Below are positions 51,570 to 59,208 of a DNA stretch of 59,554 bases, one piece after another. Numbering within the stretch: position 1 is the first letter of the stretch; every line of letters begins with the position of its first letter. The stretch lies in the IMG/VR virus record IMGVR_UViG_3300045988_097246. One strand, 5' to 3'. The position numbers were made by a program, and so were the translations under genes. The stretch is from a virus. The notes beneath the pieces were generated by a model. It had not been told where the DNA came from. It searched no databases and was given only the letters and a program-made list of their open reading frames with translations.

Positions 51570-51726
51570 AGATAGTGGCGGAATAGGTAAACGCTTAAGC
51601 ATAAGGCAACCACGCTTTGGTTAGAAAAAGGTTATCGAATTAAAAAGGCGATAAATGAACCTGAAACGGTGTTACCCGTTGTGAGAAGTCGTTGCTATGT
51701 GTGGTGCAAATCCACACCTATATACT
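51570..51726 (+). ncRNA. Degenerate tRNA-Leu-like element with a ~100-nt insertion
   Basis: Near-canonical class II D arm TGGCGGAATAGGTAAACGC. Acceptor-like pairing TAGATAG/CTATATA (6 of 7). T-arm-like GTGTGG-TGCAAAT-CCACAC. No canonical anticodon arm. Confidence 0.35.
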
Positions 51727-51794
51727 TATCCTCAAAACTATCGAGGATAGCTGATAAACAGGCTTTTTAAAATTCCTCATGACAATATGAAGAA

Positions 51795-51836
51795 GAGCAG
51801 ATGGTGCTTTATCCGGTTCGACCCCGGACTACTCTT
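51795..51836 (+). ncRNA. tRNA-like acceptor/T-arm minihelix
   Basis: AGAGCAG...TCCGG-TTCGACC-CCGGA-CTACTCT. The acceptor pairs at 6 of 7 positions and the T loop is canonical. D and anticodon arms are absent. Confidence 0.4.
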
Positions 51837-51863
51837 TAATAATTTAAGTGAGAGGTAAGAAAG

Positions 51864-52382
51864 ATGGATAATTTGGAACAACACAAAATACTTTTACAGC
51901 AGATACATGATACATATATCAAGAAAAATCATGATTATGGCGATAGCTTTAGTCGTTCATTTAAGAAATATGGATTAGTAGCGGCTATGGTTCGCATGGA
52001 AGATAAATGGAACAGACTTGATAATATGGCAACAGGAGCAGAACAGAAAGTTGCTGACGAAACTATAAGAGATACGCTGTTAGACCTTGCTGGATATTGC
52101 GTTATGACAAGGATGGAACTGGACAGAGAGAAAGACAACGCAAATCAAAAGGCATTTGAAGAACAGGTTCGGGATGAATATACTGAAGTTTTTGGAGAAG
52201 ATAACGAGAACAAAAATGAAGGAACAGATACTTCTAATAAAACATCAGCGGAAAAGAGTTCTATTGATGTAGGCAAGGTAATGGCTTTACATAATGCCAA
52301 ATGGTCGCAAGCAAAGATTGCTGATGAAATGGGGTGTTCACAAAGTATGGTTTGTAAGATTATCAAAAAATATAAACAGTGA
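51864..52382 (+). CDS. DUF1599/MazG-like all-alpha nucleotide-binding domain fused to a C-terminal HTH
   Basis: KKNHDYGDSF...MVRMEDKWNRL...DTLLDLAGYCVM matches the DUF1599 pattern. The C-terminal WSQAKIADEMGCSQSMVCKIIKKY looks like an HTH. Confidence 0.5.
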   Translation: MDNLEQHKILLQQIHDTYIKKNHDYGDSFSRSFKKYGLVAAMVRMEDKWNRLDNMATGAEQKVADETIRDTLLDLAGYCVMTRMELDREKDNANQKAFEEQVRDEYTEVFGEDNENKNEGTDTSNKTSAEKSSIDVGKVMALHNAKWSQAKIADEMGCSQSMVCKIIKKYKQ

Positions 52383-52393
52383 GGTAGTAGGTA

Positions 52394-52876
52394 ATGGATT
52401 TTGAAGAATTAACAAGAAAAATAACTGACATAAAAGATAAAGAGATGGCTATGGAGTTTACACAAACTATTGGTAAATTATTAAAAGAAAGCGGAGTGAC
52501 AGTGTATTGTTCAGAATGTGAACAGAGCATTATGACTGGAGGCTTATTAGAGATTGTTTTTGATAAACTTGATTTTACTGAGCATGACAAAAAGTTTATA
52601 GATGAAATCGAGTGCTGGAAGAAAAAATGCAGTGATTTAAGTAACTACAACAAACAATTAAAATATGACTTGGAAAAATGTGAAAATAAGAAAAACGAAA
52701 ACAAAGAGTTACCGTTTGACCCACTAGAAGTTGTCGATATGCTCATCAATGAAACATATGAACACAGTATTCCGTTTACAGGGAGAAAAACTGAAAGCAG
52801 TAAGTATGGAATTGACGAGTTAGAACAGATTGCGGAGCATTTGCTTGTGTATTGTAAACACAACAAAGAGGAATGA
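52394..52876 (+). CDS. Hypothetical protein
   Basis: GTGAGGTAG RBS; 160 aa. Confidence 0.55.
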   Translation: MDFEELTRKITDIKDKEMAMEFTQTIGKLLKESGVTVYCSECEQSIMTGGLLEIVFDKLDFTEHDKKFIDEIECWKKKCSDLSNYNKQLKYDLEKCENKKNENKELPFDPLEVVDMLINETYEHSIPFTGRKTESSKYGIDELEQIAEHLLVYCKHNKEE

Positions 52877-52881
52877 TGAAT

Positions 52882-53103
52882 ATGTGTAAGTTTTGTAATA
52901 ATAAAGCTAAACCTATAATTTTAAATGTAGAACAAGACGGCATAATGAACGAGAAAATACAAGTTTTTCAAGCTACAATAAAAGGCAATGAATTGATGTT
53001 TGAAATAGTTTCTAATCACTTATTAGATTACTTTAATCTTACAACATTAAAAAAACAAATATCTTATTGCCCTATGTGTGGCGAAAAACTGATGGAGGAC
53101 TAA
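52882..53103 (+). CDS. Zinc-ribbon protein
   Basis: Motifs CKFCNNK...YCPMCGEKL. Paralogous in architecture to the next gene. Confidence 0.5.
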   Translation: MCKFCNNKAKPIILNVEQDGIMNEKIQVFQATIKGNELMFEIVSNHLLDYFNLTTLKKQISYCPMCGEKLMED

Positions 53104-53105
53104 GT

Positions 53106-53315
53106 ATGTATGAATTTTGCGAAAACATAGGAATTGACATACCAAAATGGGACTTCTGTAATGAAAAATCTCCGAATTATTCTGGGATTGATATTGGGAT
53201 ACGCAACATTACTAATAACCCGAGCTTAGTATTTACAAATTCTGCTGATGAATACGGAGTAGGAGCATTAAGTATCAATTATTGCCCTATATGCGGTAGA
53301 AAGTTGGTGGAATGA
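53106..53315 (+). CDS. Zinc-ribbon protein
   Basis: GGAGGA RBS. Motifs C...C...YCPICGRKL. Confidence 0.5.
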   Translation: MYEFCENIGIDIPKWDFCNEKSPNYSGIDIGIRNITNNPSLVFTNSADEYGVGALSINYCPICGRKLVE

Positions 53316-53509
53316 TGGTTACACAGAAAGATATTCACAATAGTATAGTTGTAAATGCAAGCGATTGGCAGAAAAGCTATTTATCATTACAATGCGGTGG
53401 AGACGTTGAAAAGATAAAGAAAGTCGAACAGACAATGGCTAATATGATTAACGGCATTAGCAAGGCACTTGAAAATAGTGGAACAGATTATTTGAATGAG
53501 ATTTTATGA
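53312..53509 (+). CDS. Hypothetical protein
   Basis: ATGA overlap with the previous gene; 65 aa. Confidence 0.45.
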   Translation: MMVTQKDIHNSIVVNASDWQKSYLSLQCGGDVEKIKKVEQTMANMINGISKALENSGTDYLNEIL

Positions 53510-53519
53510 GGGTGAGGTA

Positions 53520-53765
53520 ATGAAACATAGCAAAGAATGGCACACTTGCGACAGGTGCGGTGAAAAAATATCTCATAGAAAAAGAAACGAAATGAAATAC
53601 ACAAGTTTTGGCAAATATTCAATCCCATATCCAATCTTTGAGGATGGAGATGTTGTTGGGGAGATTGAAAAGATTGAGAAACATCGCATTTTTCCCGGGA
53701 CAAAAGTTTTGGAATTATGCCCTAAGTGCAGGAAAGATTTTGAGAGGTTTATGAGGAATGAATGA
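53520..53765 (+). CDS. Zinc-ribbon protein
   Basis: GGTGAGG RBS. Motifs CDRCGEK...CPKCRKD. Confidence 0.5.
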   Translation: MKHSKEWHTCDRCGEKISHRKRNEMKYTSFGKYSIPYPIFEDGDVVGEIEKIEKHRIFPGTKVLELCPKCRKDFERFMRNE

Positions 53766-54054
53766 TTGTTCAAAATGCAAATTCAGCGAAGAAGATTATA
53801 TTTTCGATGAAGAAATAGGAGATGAATATCCCATTTACACTTGTAGCAAGGGCAATGACACAGATTTAGACTGTGAGTGTAAGGATTTTAAGGAATACAA
53901 GCCGAAGAAATATAAAGAGAAAGATACAAAGTGCGACAAATGTGAGCATCTTGAGATTTGCCTTGATAAGGGCAATGTTATTGATTGCAAGACAGTTTGC
54001 GACACAAGAAGTCATTATATATCTGGCAGAATGGGGTGTGTTAAAAATGAATAA
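53758..54054 (+). CDS. Cys-rich protein
   Basis: 12 Cys in 98 aa (CSKC...C...CEC...CDKCEHLEIC...C..C). Confidence 0.5.
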   Translation: MNDCSKCKFSEEDYIFDEEIGDEYPIYTCSKGNDTDLDCECKDFKEYKPKKYKEKDTKCDKCEHLEICLDKGNVIDCKTVCDTRSHYISGRMGCVKNE

Positions 54055-54298
54055 CTGCAACTTAACCACATGCCGCTACAATAAAGACAATAAATGCACA
54101 AATGATGAAAAGAGAGCAGAATGTGTTGAGGTATCTGGAAAAGTAATGGGTATTGATGTTTCTGTTGATGCAGTTAATGAGTACGCAAAATCAATTTTAG
54201 GCAGATACCCAAAAAATAATCATGAATTTTCAAGAGCATTAGCAATGAAAATTTTAGAGGAAACAAAATCATTAGCAAATAGTGTAGAAAAGGGGTAA
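54047..54298 (+). CDS. Hypothetical protein with N-terminal Cys cluster
   Basis: ATG 54047 overlaps the previous stop. The track's longer start at 53873 would overlap the whole previous gene. Confidence 0.45.
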   Translation: MNNCNLTTCRYNKDNKCTNDEKRAECVEVSGKVMGIDVSVDAVNEYAKSILGRYPKNNHEFSRALAMKILEETKSLANSVEKG

Positions 54299-54302
54299 TA
54301 TT

Positions 54303-54485
54303 ATGAAAATATCAGAAATGAATAACTGCATTGAAGAAATGCGTAAATGTTACAAGTTTGATGATAATAAAACGGAAATAAGATTTGGAGATATGGCAAG
54401 TAACAGATATGTAACTGTCGGCACAAGGGACGAAAACGGAACACAGATTGAAATGACAAGGCGTGCGGAAGAATTAGAACAATGA
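54303..54485 (+). CDS. Hypothetical protein
   Basis: AAGGGG RBS; 60 aa. Confidence 0.5.
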   Translation: MKISEMNNCIEEMRKCYKFDDNKTEIRFGDMASNRYVTVGTRDENGTQIEMTRRAEELEQ

Positions 54486-54673
54486 TTGCTGATTGTCAGC
54501 GGAAAGGAAATCAAATGGACGAAATGAAATTCGGAATGAAAATTGCCTATCAAGGAGTAAAAGAAGAAATGGAAACAATAGTTGCAGAACTTGCAAGAAA
54601 AGAAATTGAAAAGCCAAAAGGCTTTAGTGTATTGGAGCAGTTTATAAAAGACAGACTTTCAGAATGCGAATAA
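54482..54673 (+). CDS. Hypothetical protein
   Basis: ATGA overlap with the previous gene; 63 aa. Confidence 0.45.
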   Translation: MIADCQRKGNQMDEMKFGMKIAYQGVKEEMETIVAELARKEIEKPKGFSVLEQFIKDRLSECE

Positions 54674-54712
54674 ATATATTACCGGCTACAGATTGATTGT
54701 AGTAGCTACCAA
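54673..54712 (+). repeat. Repeated post-stop hairpin element, copy 1
   Basis: AATATATTACCGGCTACAGATTGATTGTAGTAGCTACC, with stem CTACA/TGTAG. Confidence 0.6.
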
Positions 54713-54754
54713 TGAAAATAAAGGCTGATAAAATATAAAAGGAGACAGAAAGAA

Positions 54755-55141
54755 ATGAAAAAATTATTTGTAAGTGTGCCGATGAAAGGCAGAACAGAGG
54801 AAGAAATCAAAGCAAGCATCCAGAAAATGAAAAAGATTGCTGAAATATACGAGGGCGAAGAATTGAAGCTTATCGACAGTTATACTAAGAGTACCTCACC
54901 TAAAGACAGCAAAGAAGCAGTATGGCACTTGGGCGAGAGACTTAAGAAACTGGCACGGGCTGATGTATTCATTGGAATTGATGAAGTGCATAATTGGAAT
55001 GGCTGTTATATTGAAAGAGATACAGCACAAAGCTATGGCATTAAAACATACATAGCTCCGGCAAGGTATGTAATTGACGATTATAATGCACTTGTGCAGA
55101 AATTATATTCGGCTTGCAATGAAGCAATGCCAACATTCTAA
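54755..55141 (+). CDS. DUF4406 / nucleoside 2-deoxyribosyltransferase-like protein (tentative)
   Basis: AAGGAG RBS. LFVSVPMKGRTEEEI recalls the IYI.GPM.G opening of that fold. Confidence 0.35.
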   Translation: MKKLFVSVPMKGRTEEEIKASIQKMKKIAEIYEGEELKLIDSYTKSTSPKDSKEAVWHLGERLKKLARADVFIGIDEVHNWNGCYIERDTAQSYGIKTYIAPARYVIDDYNALVQKLYSACNEAMPTF

Positions 55142-55142
55142 C

Positions 55143-55183
55143 AATATATTTACCGGCTAACAAGTGGAGTTAGTCGCTAACCT
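55143..55183 (+). repeat. Repeated post-stop hairpin element, copy 2
   Basis: AATATATTTACCGGCTAACAAGTGGAGTTAGTCGCTAACC, with stem CTAAC/GTTAG. The stem changes are compensatory relative to copy 1. Confidence 0.6.
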
Positions 55184-55208
55184 AGAAAAATTATAGGCAG
55201 AGGTCTAT

Positions 55209-55246
55209 AAGCACCTTTGCTGGAGAAAGCGAGGTGCTTCTTTTTT
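55209..55246 (+). terminator. Terminator-like hairpin containing the terminase RBS
   Basis: AAGCACCT, 15-nt loop, AGGTGCTT, then CTTTTTT. GAGGTG (55231-55236) lies in the 3' arm. Confidence 0.55.
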
Positions 55247-56987
55247 GGCATCTAAATATCTTAAAGAAACAGTTCAAAGTTATGAAAATTACATAGAGAA
55301 AAATGGAATAGATGAAAGTGTTATTGATGCATACATAGAAGCGGCAGAAGTTGCAATAAATACAGAAAAGGATATTCAGTATGGATTGCAACTTACAAAG
55401 CGTTCTAAGGGCATTGTAGAGCATTTCTGCATGGATAAGACAGGTGGTACAATATGGGAATTGGAAAAGTATGCATTTGAGAATAAGGTTGAGTATGATT
55501 TGATTGATAAATATTATAAACCAATATTATATGAAGCTCAAAACAAAATTGTAGACAGTTATTTTCAGTACATAGAGAGAAAAAGAGAGCCTAAAGACAG
55601 ATTTTATATGCCACGAAGAAAGCAATTAGTAAAAATTGGGCTTATTGATGCATTGCAAGGCATGATAGATGATAAATACGATATTTTATGTGTTAGCTTA
55701 GTGCCGGGTGCTGGGAAAAGTACGGTTGAAAAGTTTTTTCACTCCGGTATAGCCGGTTGGTTTCCAAAAGATTATAGCTTGTTTTATTCGCATAGCGGTG
55801 ATATTACACGAATGTATTATGATGGCGTTTACGACATTGTGACAAATGACGATGAATATGCATGGCATGAAATATTTCCAAAACTTTCAGTAACAAGCAC
55901 AAATGCAAAGATGGAACAGTTTAACATAGGAAAATATAAACCGTTTCCAAGCGTACAATGCACATCTGTAGGAAGTAAAAATGCTGGTAAAGTCCGTGCA
56001 AGTAAATTTTTACTTGTAGATGATATGATAGGAGGTATCGAGGAAGCCTTAAATCCAGTTATTCTTGATAAACTATGGAATAAGTATGCAGTAGACGCAA
56101 GACAGCGTAAAACACAAGACACGGACGGAAAGCCGTGCAAGGAGATACACATTGCTACTCGTTGGAGCGTACATGATGTTATTGGAAGAATACAAAATAT
56201 GTATGAGGAAAATCCGAGGGTTAAAGTGATTGCAGTACCGGATGTTGACCCGGTTACAGGAGAAAGCAATTTTAATTACGAATATGGGGGCTTTACAAAA
56301 GAGTTCTTTGCAGACCAACAACTTTTAATGGATGAAATCTCTTATAGATGTTTGTATAAGCAAGAACCCATTGAGCGTGAGGGATTATTATTCCCGGATG
56401 ACAAAATCAGACGTTATCTTAATTTGCCACATGGAGAACCGGAGATTGTTACCGCACAATGCGACACAAAAGGCAAGGGAACAGATTACTTTGTGTTGCC
56501 GGTGCTTCAAAAATATGGGGATGATTATTATTGTGTTGATTGCGTGTGTGATAATACAGCAGACTATGAAGCACAATACAGGAACGCAGCGGGCGTGCTT
56601 GTAAATAATAAAGTACAAGAATGTGAATTTGAGCGCAATGCTGGTGGAGACAGAGTTGCAATGGAAGTTAATAAGCGTGTTGAGAGTGTCGGATGGATAT
56701 GTAACATCACTGACACCCCAACGGAAACAAATAAGGAAGCAAGGATTTTCCAATGTTCTAACTGGATATTACAGCACATTATTTTTAAAGACCCCTCACT
56801 TTATAAACCTAACGAGCCATATGGAGTAATGATGTCATTATTAAAGCAGTATTCGGTGTCGGGTAAAAAACAATTAGATGATGTACCGGATGTTTTTTCA
56901 AACTTTGCATTAAGAATAACTCAAGGAAATAGAATTTCCAAAGTTCAAGCGGCTGTAAATCCTTTTAGTAGCGGTAGGAGGTATTGA
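55245..56987 (+). CDS. terL: Terminase large subunit
   Basis: Walker A LVPGAGKST and Walker B-like FLLVDDMIGG, with a C-terminal nuclease-like half. TTG is the only in-frame start near the 5' end, since the frame opens at 55197. Confidence 0.8.
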   Translation: MASKYLKETVQSYENYIEKNGIDESVIDAYIEAAEVAINTEKDIQYGLQLTKRSKGIVEHFCMDKTGGTIWELEKYAFENKVEYDLIDKYYKPILYEAQNKIVDSYFQYIERKREPKDRFYMPRRKQLVKIGLIDALQGMIDDKYDILCVSLVPGAGKSTVEKFFHSGIAGWFPKDYSLFYSHSGDITRMYYDGVYDIVTNDDEYAWHEIFPKLSVTSTNAKMEQFNIGKYKPFPSVQCTSVGSKNAGKVRASKFLLVDDMIGGIEEALNPVILDKLWNKYAVDARQRKTQDTDGKPCKEIHIATRWSVHDVIGRIQNMYEENPRVKVIAVPDVDPVTGESNFNYEYGGFTKEFFADQQLLMDEISYRCLYKQEPIEREGLLFPDDKIRRYLNLPHGEPEIVTAQCDTKGKGTDYFVLPVLQKYGDDYYCVDCVCDNTADYEAQYRNAAGVLVNNKVQECEFERNAGGDRVAMEVNKRVESVGWICNITDTPTETNKEARIFQCSNWILQHIIFKDPSLYKPNEPYGVMMSLLKQYSVSGKKQLDDVPDVFSNFALRITQGNRISKVQAAVNPFSSGRRY

Positions 56988-56990
56988 CAT

Positions 56991-57413
56991 ATGACGACAA
57001 AAGACTATCTTAATCAAATCAATAGATTAAATATGCTGATAAATAATAAATTACTGGAAATTTCACAGTTTAAAGAGCTATCTTGTAGCATTTCAGCAGT
57101 TAAAAACGATGAAAAAGTAATGACAACGCCTAATCAAGACCCAATCGGTACAAGCATAGCAAGGTTGGACGAAATGGAACGAAAACTTGATAATATGATA
57201 GATGATTATATTGACAAAAAGAACTATATTATATCTCAAATTCAAAATATAGAAAATGATGATTACTATGAGATTTTATTTGCAAGATACATTGAAAAAC
57301 TGACTTTTGAAAAAATAGCAAATAAGACAGGATGGTGCTGGCGACAAGTTCACAGAATACATTCAAAAGCATTAAAAGAATTTGAAGAAAAATATGGAGA
57401 TGAATATTTGTAA
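56991..57413 (+). CDS. Sigma-70 region-4-like / phage transcriptional activator-like protein
   Basis: AGGAGG RBS. ...YYEILFARYIEKLTFEKIANKTGWCWRQVHRIHSKALKEFEE is a region-4-type HTH. Confidence 0.55.
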   Translation: MTTKDYLNQINRLNMLINNKLLEISQFKELSCSISAVKNDEKVMTTPNQDPIGTSIARLDEMERKLDNMIDDYIDKKNYIISQIQNIENDDYYEILFARYIEKLTFEKIANKTGWCWRQVHRIHSKALKEFEEKYGDEYL

Positions 57414-57488
57414 GTTGTCATAGAATGTCACATAGTCGATGTGTTATTATTAAAATGTAATATAAATCTTTCAAATATCCTTTCGTTT

Positions 57489-57529
57489 AAATGCGTATCA
57501 CTTTGGTTACAAGGCGGTACGCATTTTTT
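57489..57529 (+). terminator. Terminator-like hairpin
   Basis: AAATGCGTA, 20-nt loop, TACGCATTT, then TTT. Confidence 0.45.
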
Positions 57530-57544
57530 GATGGAGAAAACAGA

Positions 57545-57736
57545 ATGAAAAGTAAAATGATATATTGTCCTCAATGCAGGCGAAAAGTCGCTACATATGA
57601 TGGGCGAGCAACGATAAATAAAATTGCAAAATGCAAAAAATGTAATTTACAAGTTATTTATGATGTTGCAAGGGATGAAACAACAGTTAAGCCGTTACCA
57701 AAAAGAGAAACATCTAGCGGTGCTGTTTTATATTAG
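57545..57736 (+). CDS. Com-like zinc-ribbon protein (tentative)
   Basis: GGAG RBS. 63 aa with CPQC...CKKC and a tail ending in Y. Size and layout recall Mu Com. Confidence 0.4.
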   Translation: MKSKMIYCPQCRRKVATYDGRATINKIAKCKKCNLQVIYDVARDETTVKPLPKRETSSGAVLY

Positions 57737-57744
57737 GAGGGAAT

Positions 57745-59208
57745 ATGCGAAATACAAGACCTCTGAGAGATATTATAAAAGGAAATTACGGCAGAAAAGT
57801 ATTATATACTACTGCGGAAACAATAACACAGGACAACATATTAAAGGTTGTCGGTGATGTTATCGGAAATTTCTATTATAACAAAACAATAATAGATTAT
57901 TTGTGGCGATATTATAAAGGCGACCAACCGGTATTATACAGAACAAAAGTTGCAAATGATGATATTATAAACAAAATTGTAGAAAATCATGCATATGAGA
58001 TAGTGCAATTCAAAGTCGGACAAACCTATGGGGAGCCGGTACAATTTGTGAGTAGAAAAGATGACGATGCCGTAAATAATGCCGTTGATGAACTTAACGA
58101 CTATATGTCAGATGCAAATAAACAAGAAAAAGACATTAAGTCGGGTGAATGGCAGTCGGCAACAGGAACATCATTTAAAGCATTACAGTTTTCTGATGGT
58201 GACATACCATTCAGAATTGTGTGTCCTACACCCATGAATACTTTTGTTATTTACAATTTAAGTACAGAAGAACCTATGCTTGCGGTACAAGAATTAAAGG
58301 ACTTTGAGGGCAACTATTACAAGTTGTGCTACACAAATACAAACTCATGTATTATTAGAGACGGCGTTGTTTCTGAATGGAAGTTACATGGTTTTGGCAG
58401 TATTCCTATCGTTGAGTTTCCAAACAATCACGAAAGATTGTCTGACATTGAAATTGTTATTGATATGTTAGATGCAATTAACAATATGCAGTCTAACAGA
58501 ATGGATGGAGTTGAACAGTTTGTTCAGTATTGGGTTAAGTTTATAAATTGCGAGATTGACGAAGAAACATTTACAAAAATGAAAGAAAGCCATGCACTTG
58601 CGGTCAAGTCGGTCAATAAAGACAACAAATCAGATGTTGACATTATGACACAAGAACTTAATCAAACACAATGTCAAGTTGCTAAAGATGATTTATGGGA
58701 TAATACATTATCTATTTTGGCTATACCAAACAAAAATAACAATAACAGCGGCGGCGATACGCAAGGAGCTGTACAGCTAAGAAATGGATGGGACTTTTCT
58801 AAAACTAGAGCAAAGTTAAAAGACCCGATTGTTAAGTCGTCAGAAAAACGGCTTGCTAAAGTAGCGTTAAATATTATTCGTATCAAAGACCATGATTTGG
58901 GTATAACATTAAGAGATTTTGATGTACAAATCAACCATAGTCCGCAGGATAATATGTACACTAAGGCTCAGACATTGTTACAGCTTTTACAGTGCGGCAT
59001 ACATCCGCTTATAGCAATAAAAACAGTAGGATTGTGGGGAGATGCAGAAAAGACATTCTTGTTATCACAGCCGTACATAGATAATTTATGGAAAACTATT
59101 GATGATGTAGAAGCACAGGAACAGAAAGCACAAGAAATAATGCAACAAATGAACAGTAACAATGAAGTAAATAATGATAATAACAAAAATGAAGCAGTTA
59201 TCGAGTAA
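57745..59208 (+). CDS. Portal protein (SPP1 gp6-like)
   Basis: AGGAGGG RBS; 487 aa. ...DYLWRYYKGDQPVLYR...NKIVENHAYEIVQFKVGQTYGEPVQF fits the gp6-type portal pattern. Confidence 0.8.
   Translation: MRNTRPLRDIIKGNYGRKVLYTTAETITQDNILKVVGDVIGNFYYNKTIIDYLWRYYKGDQPVLYRTKVANDDIINKIVENHAYEIVQFKVGQTYGEPVQFVSRKDDDAVNNAVDELNDYMSDANKQEKDIKSGEWQSATGTSFKALQFSDGDIPFRIVCPTPMNTFVIYNLSTEEPMLAVQELKDFEGNYYKLCYTNTNSCIIRDGVVSEWKLHGFGSIPIVEFPNNHERLSDIEIVIDMLDAINNMQSNRMDGVEQFVQYWVKFINCEIDEETFTKMKESHALAVKSVNKDNKSDVDIMTQELNQTQCQVAKDDLWDNTLSILAIPNKNNNNSGGDTQGAVQLRNGWDFSKTRAKLKDPIVKSSEKRLAKVALNIIRIKDHDLGITLRDFDVQINHSPQDNMYTKAQTLLQLLQCGIHPLIAIKTVGLWGDAEKTFLLSQPYIDNLWKTIDDVEAQEQKAQEIMQQMNSNNEVNNDNNKNEAVIE

Noticed and set aside
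55829-56779. Several minus-strand and out-of-frame ORFs inside the large terminase gene
   Set aside because: They are antisense or overlapping shadows of a gene with clear Walker A/B motifs and have no RBSs.
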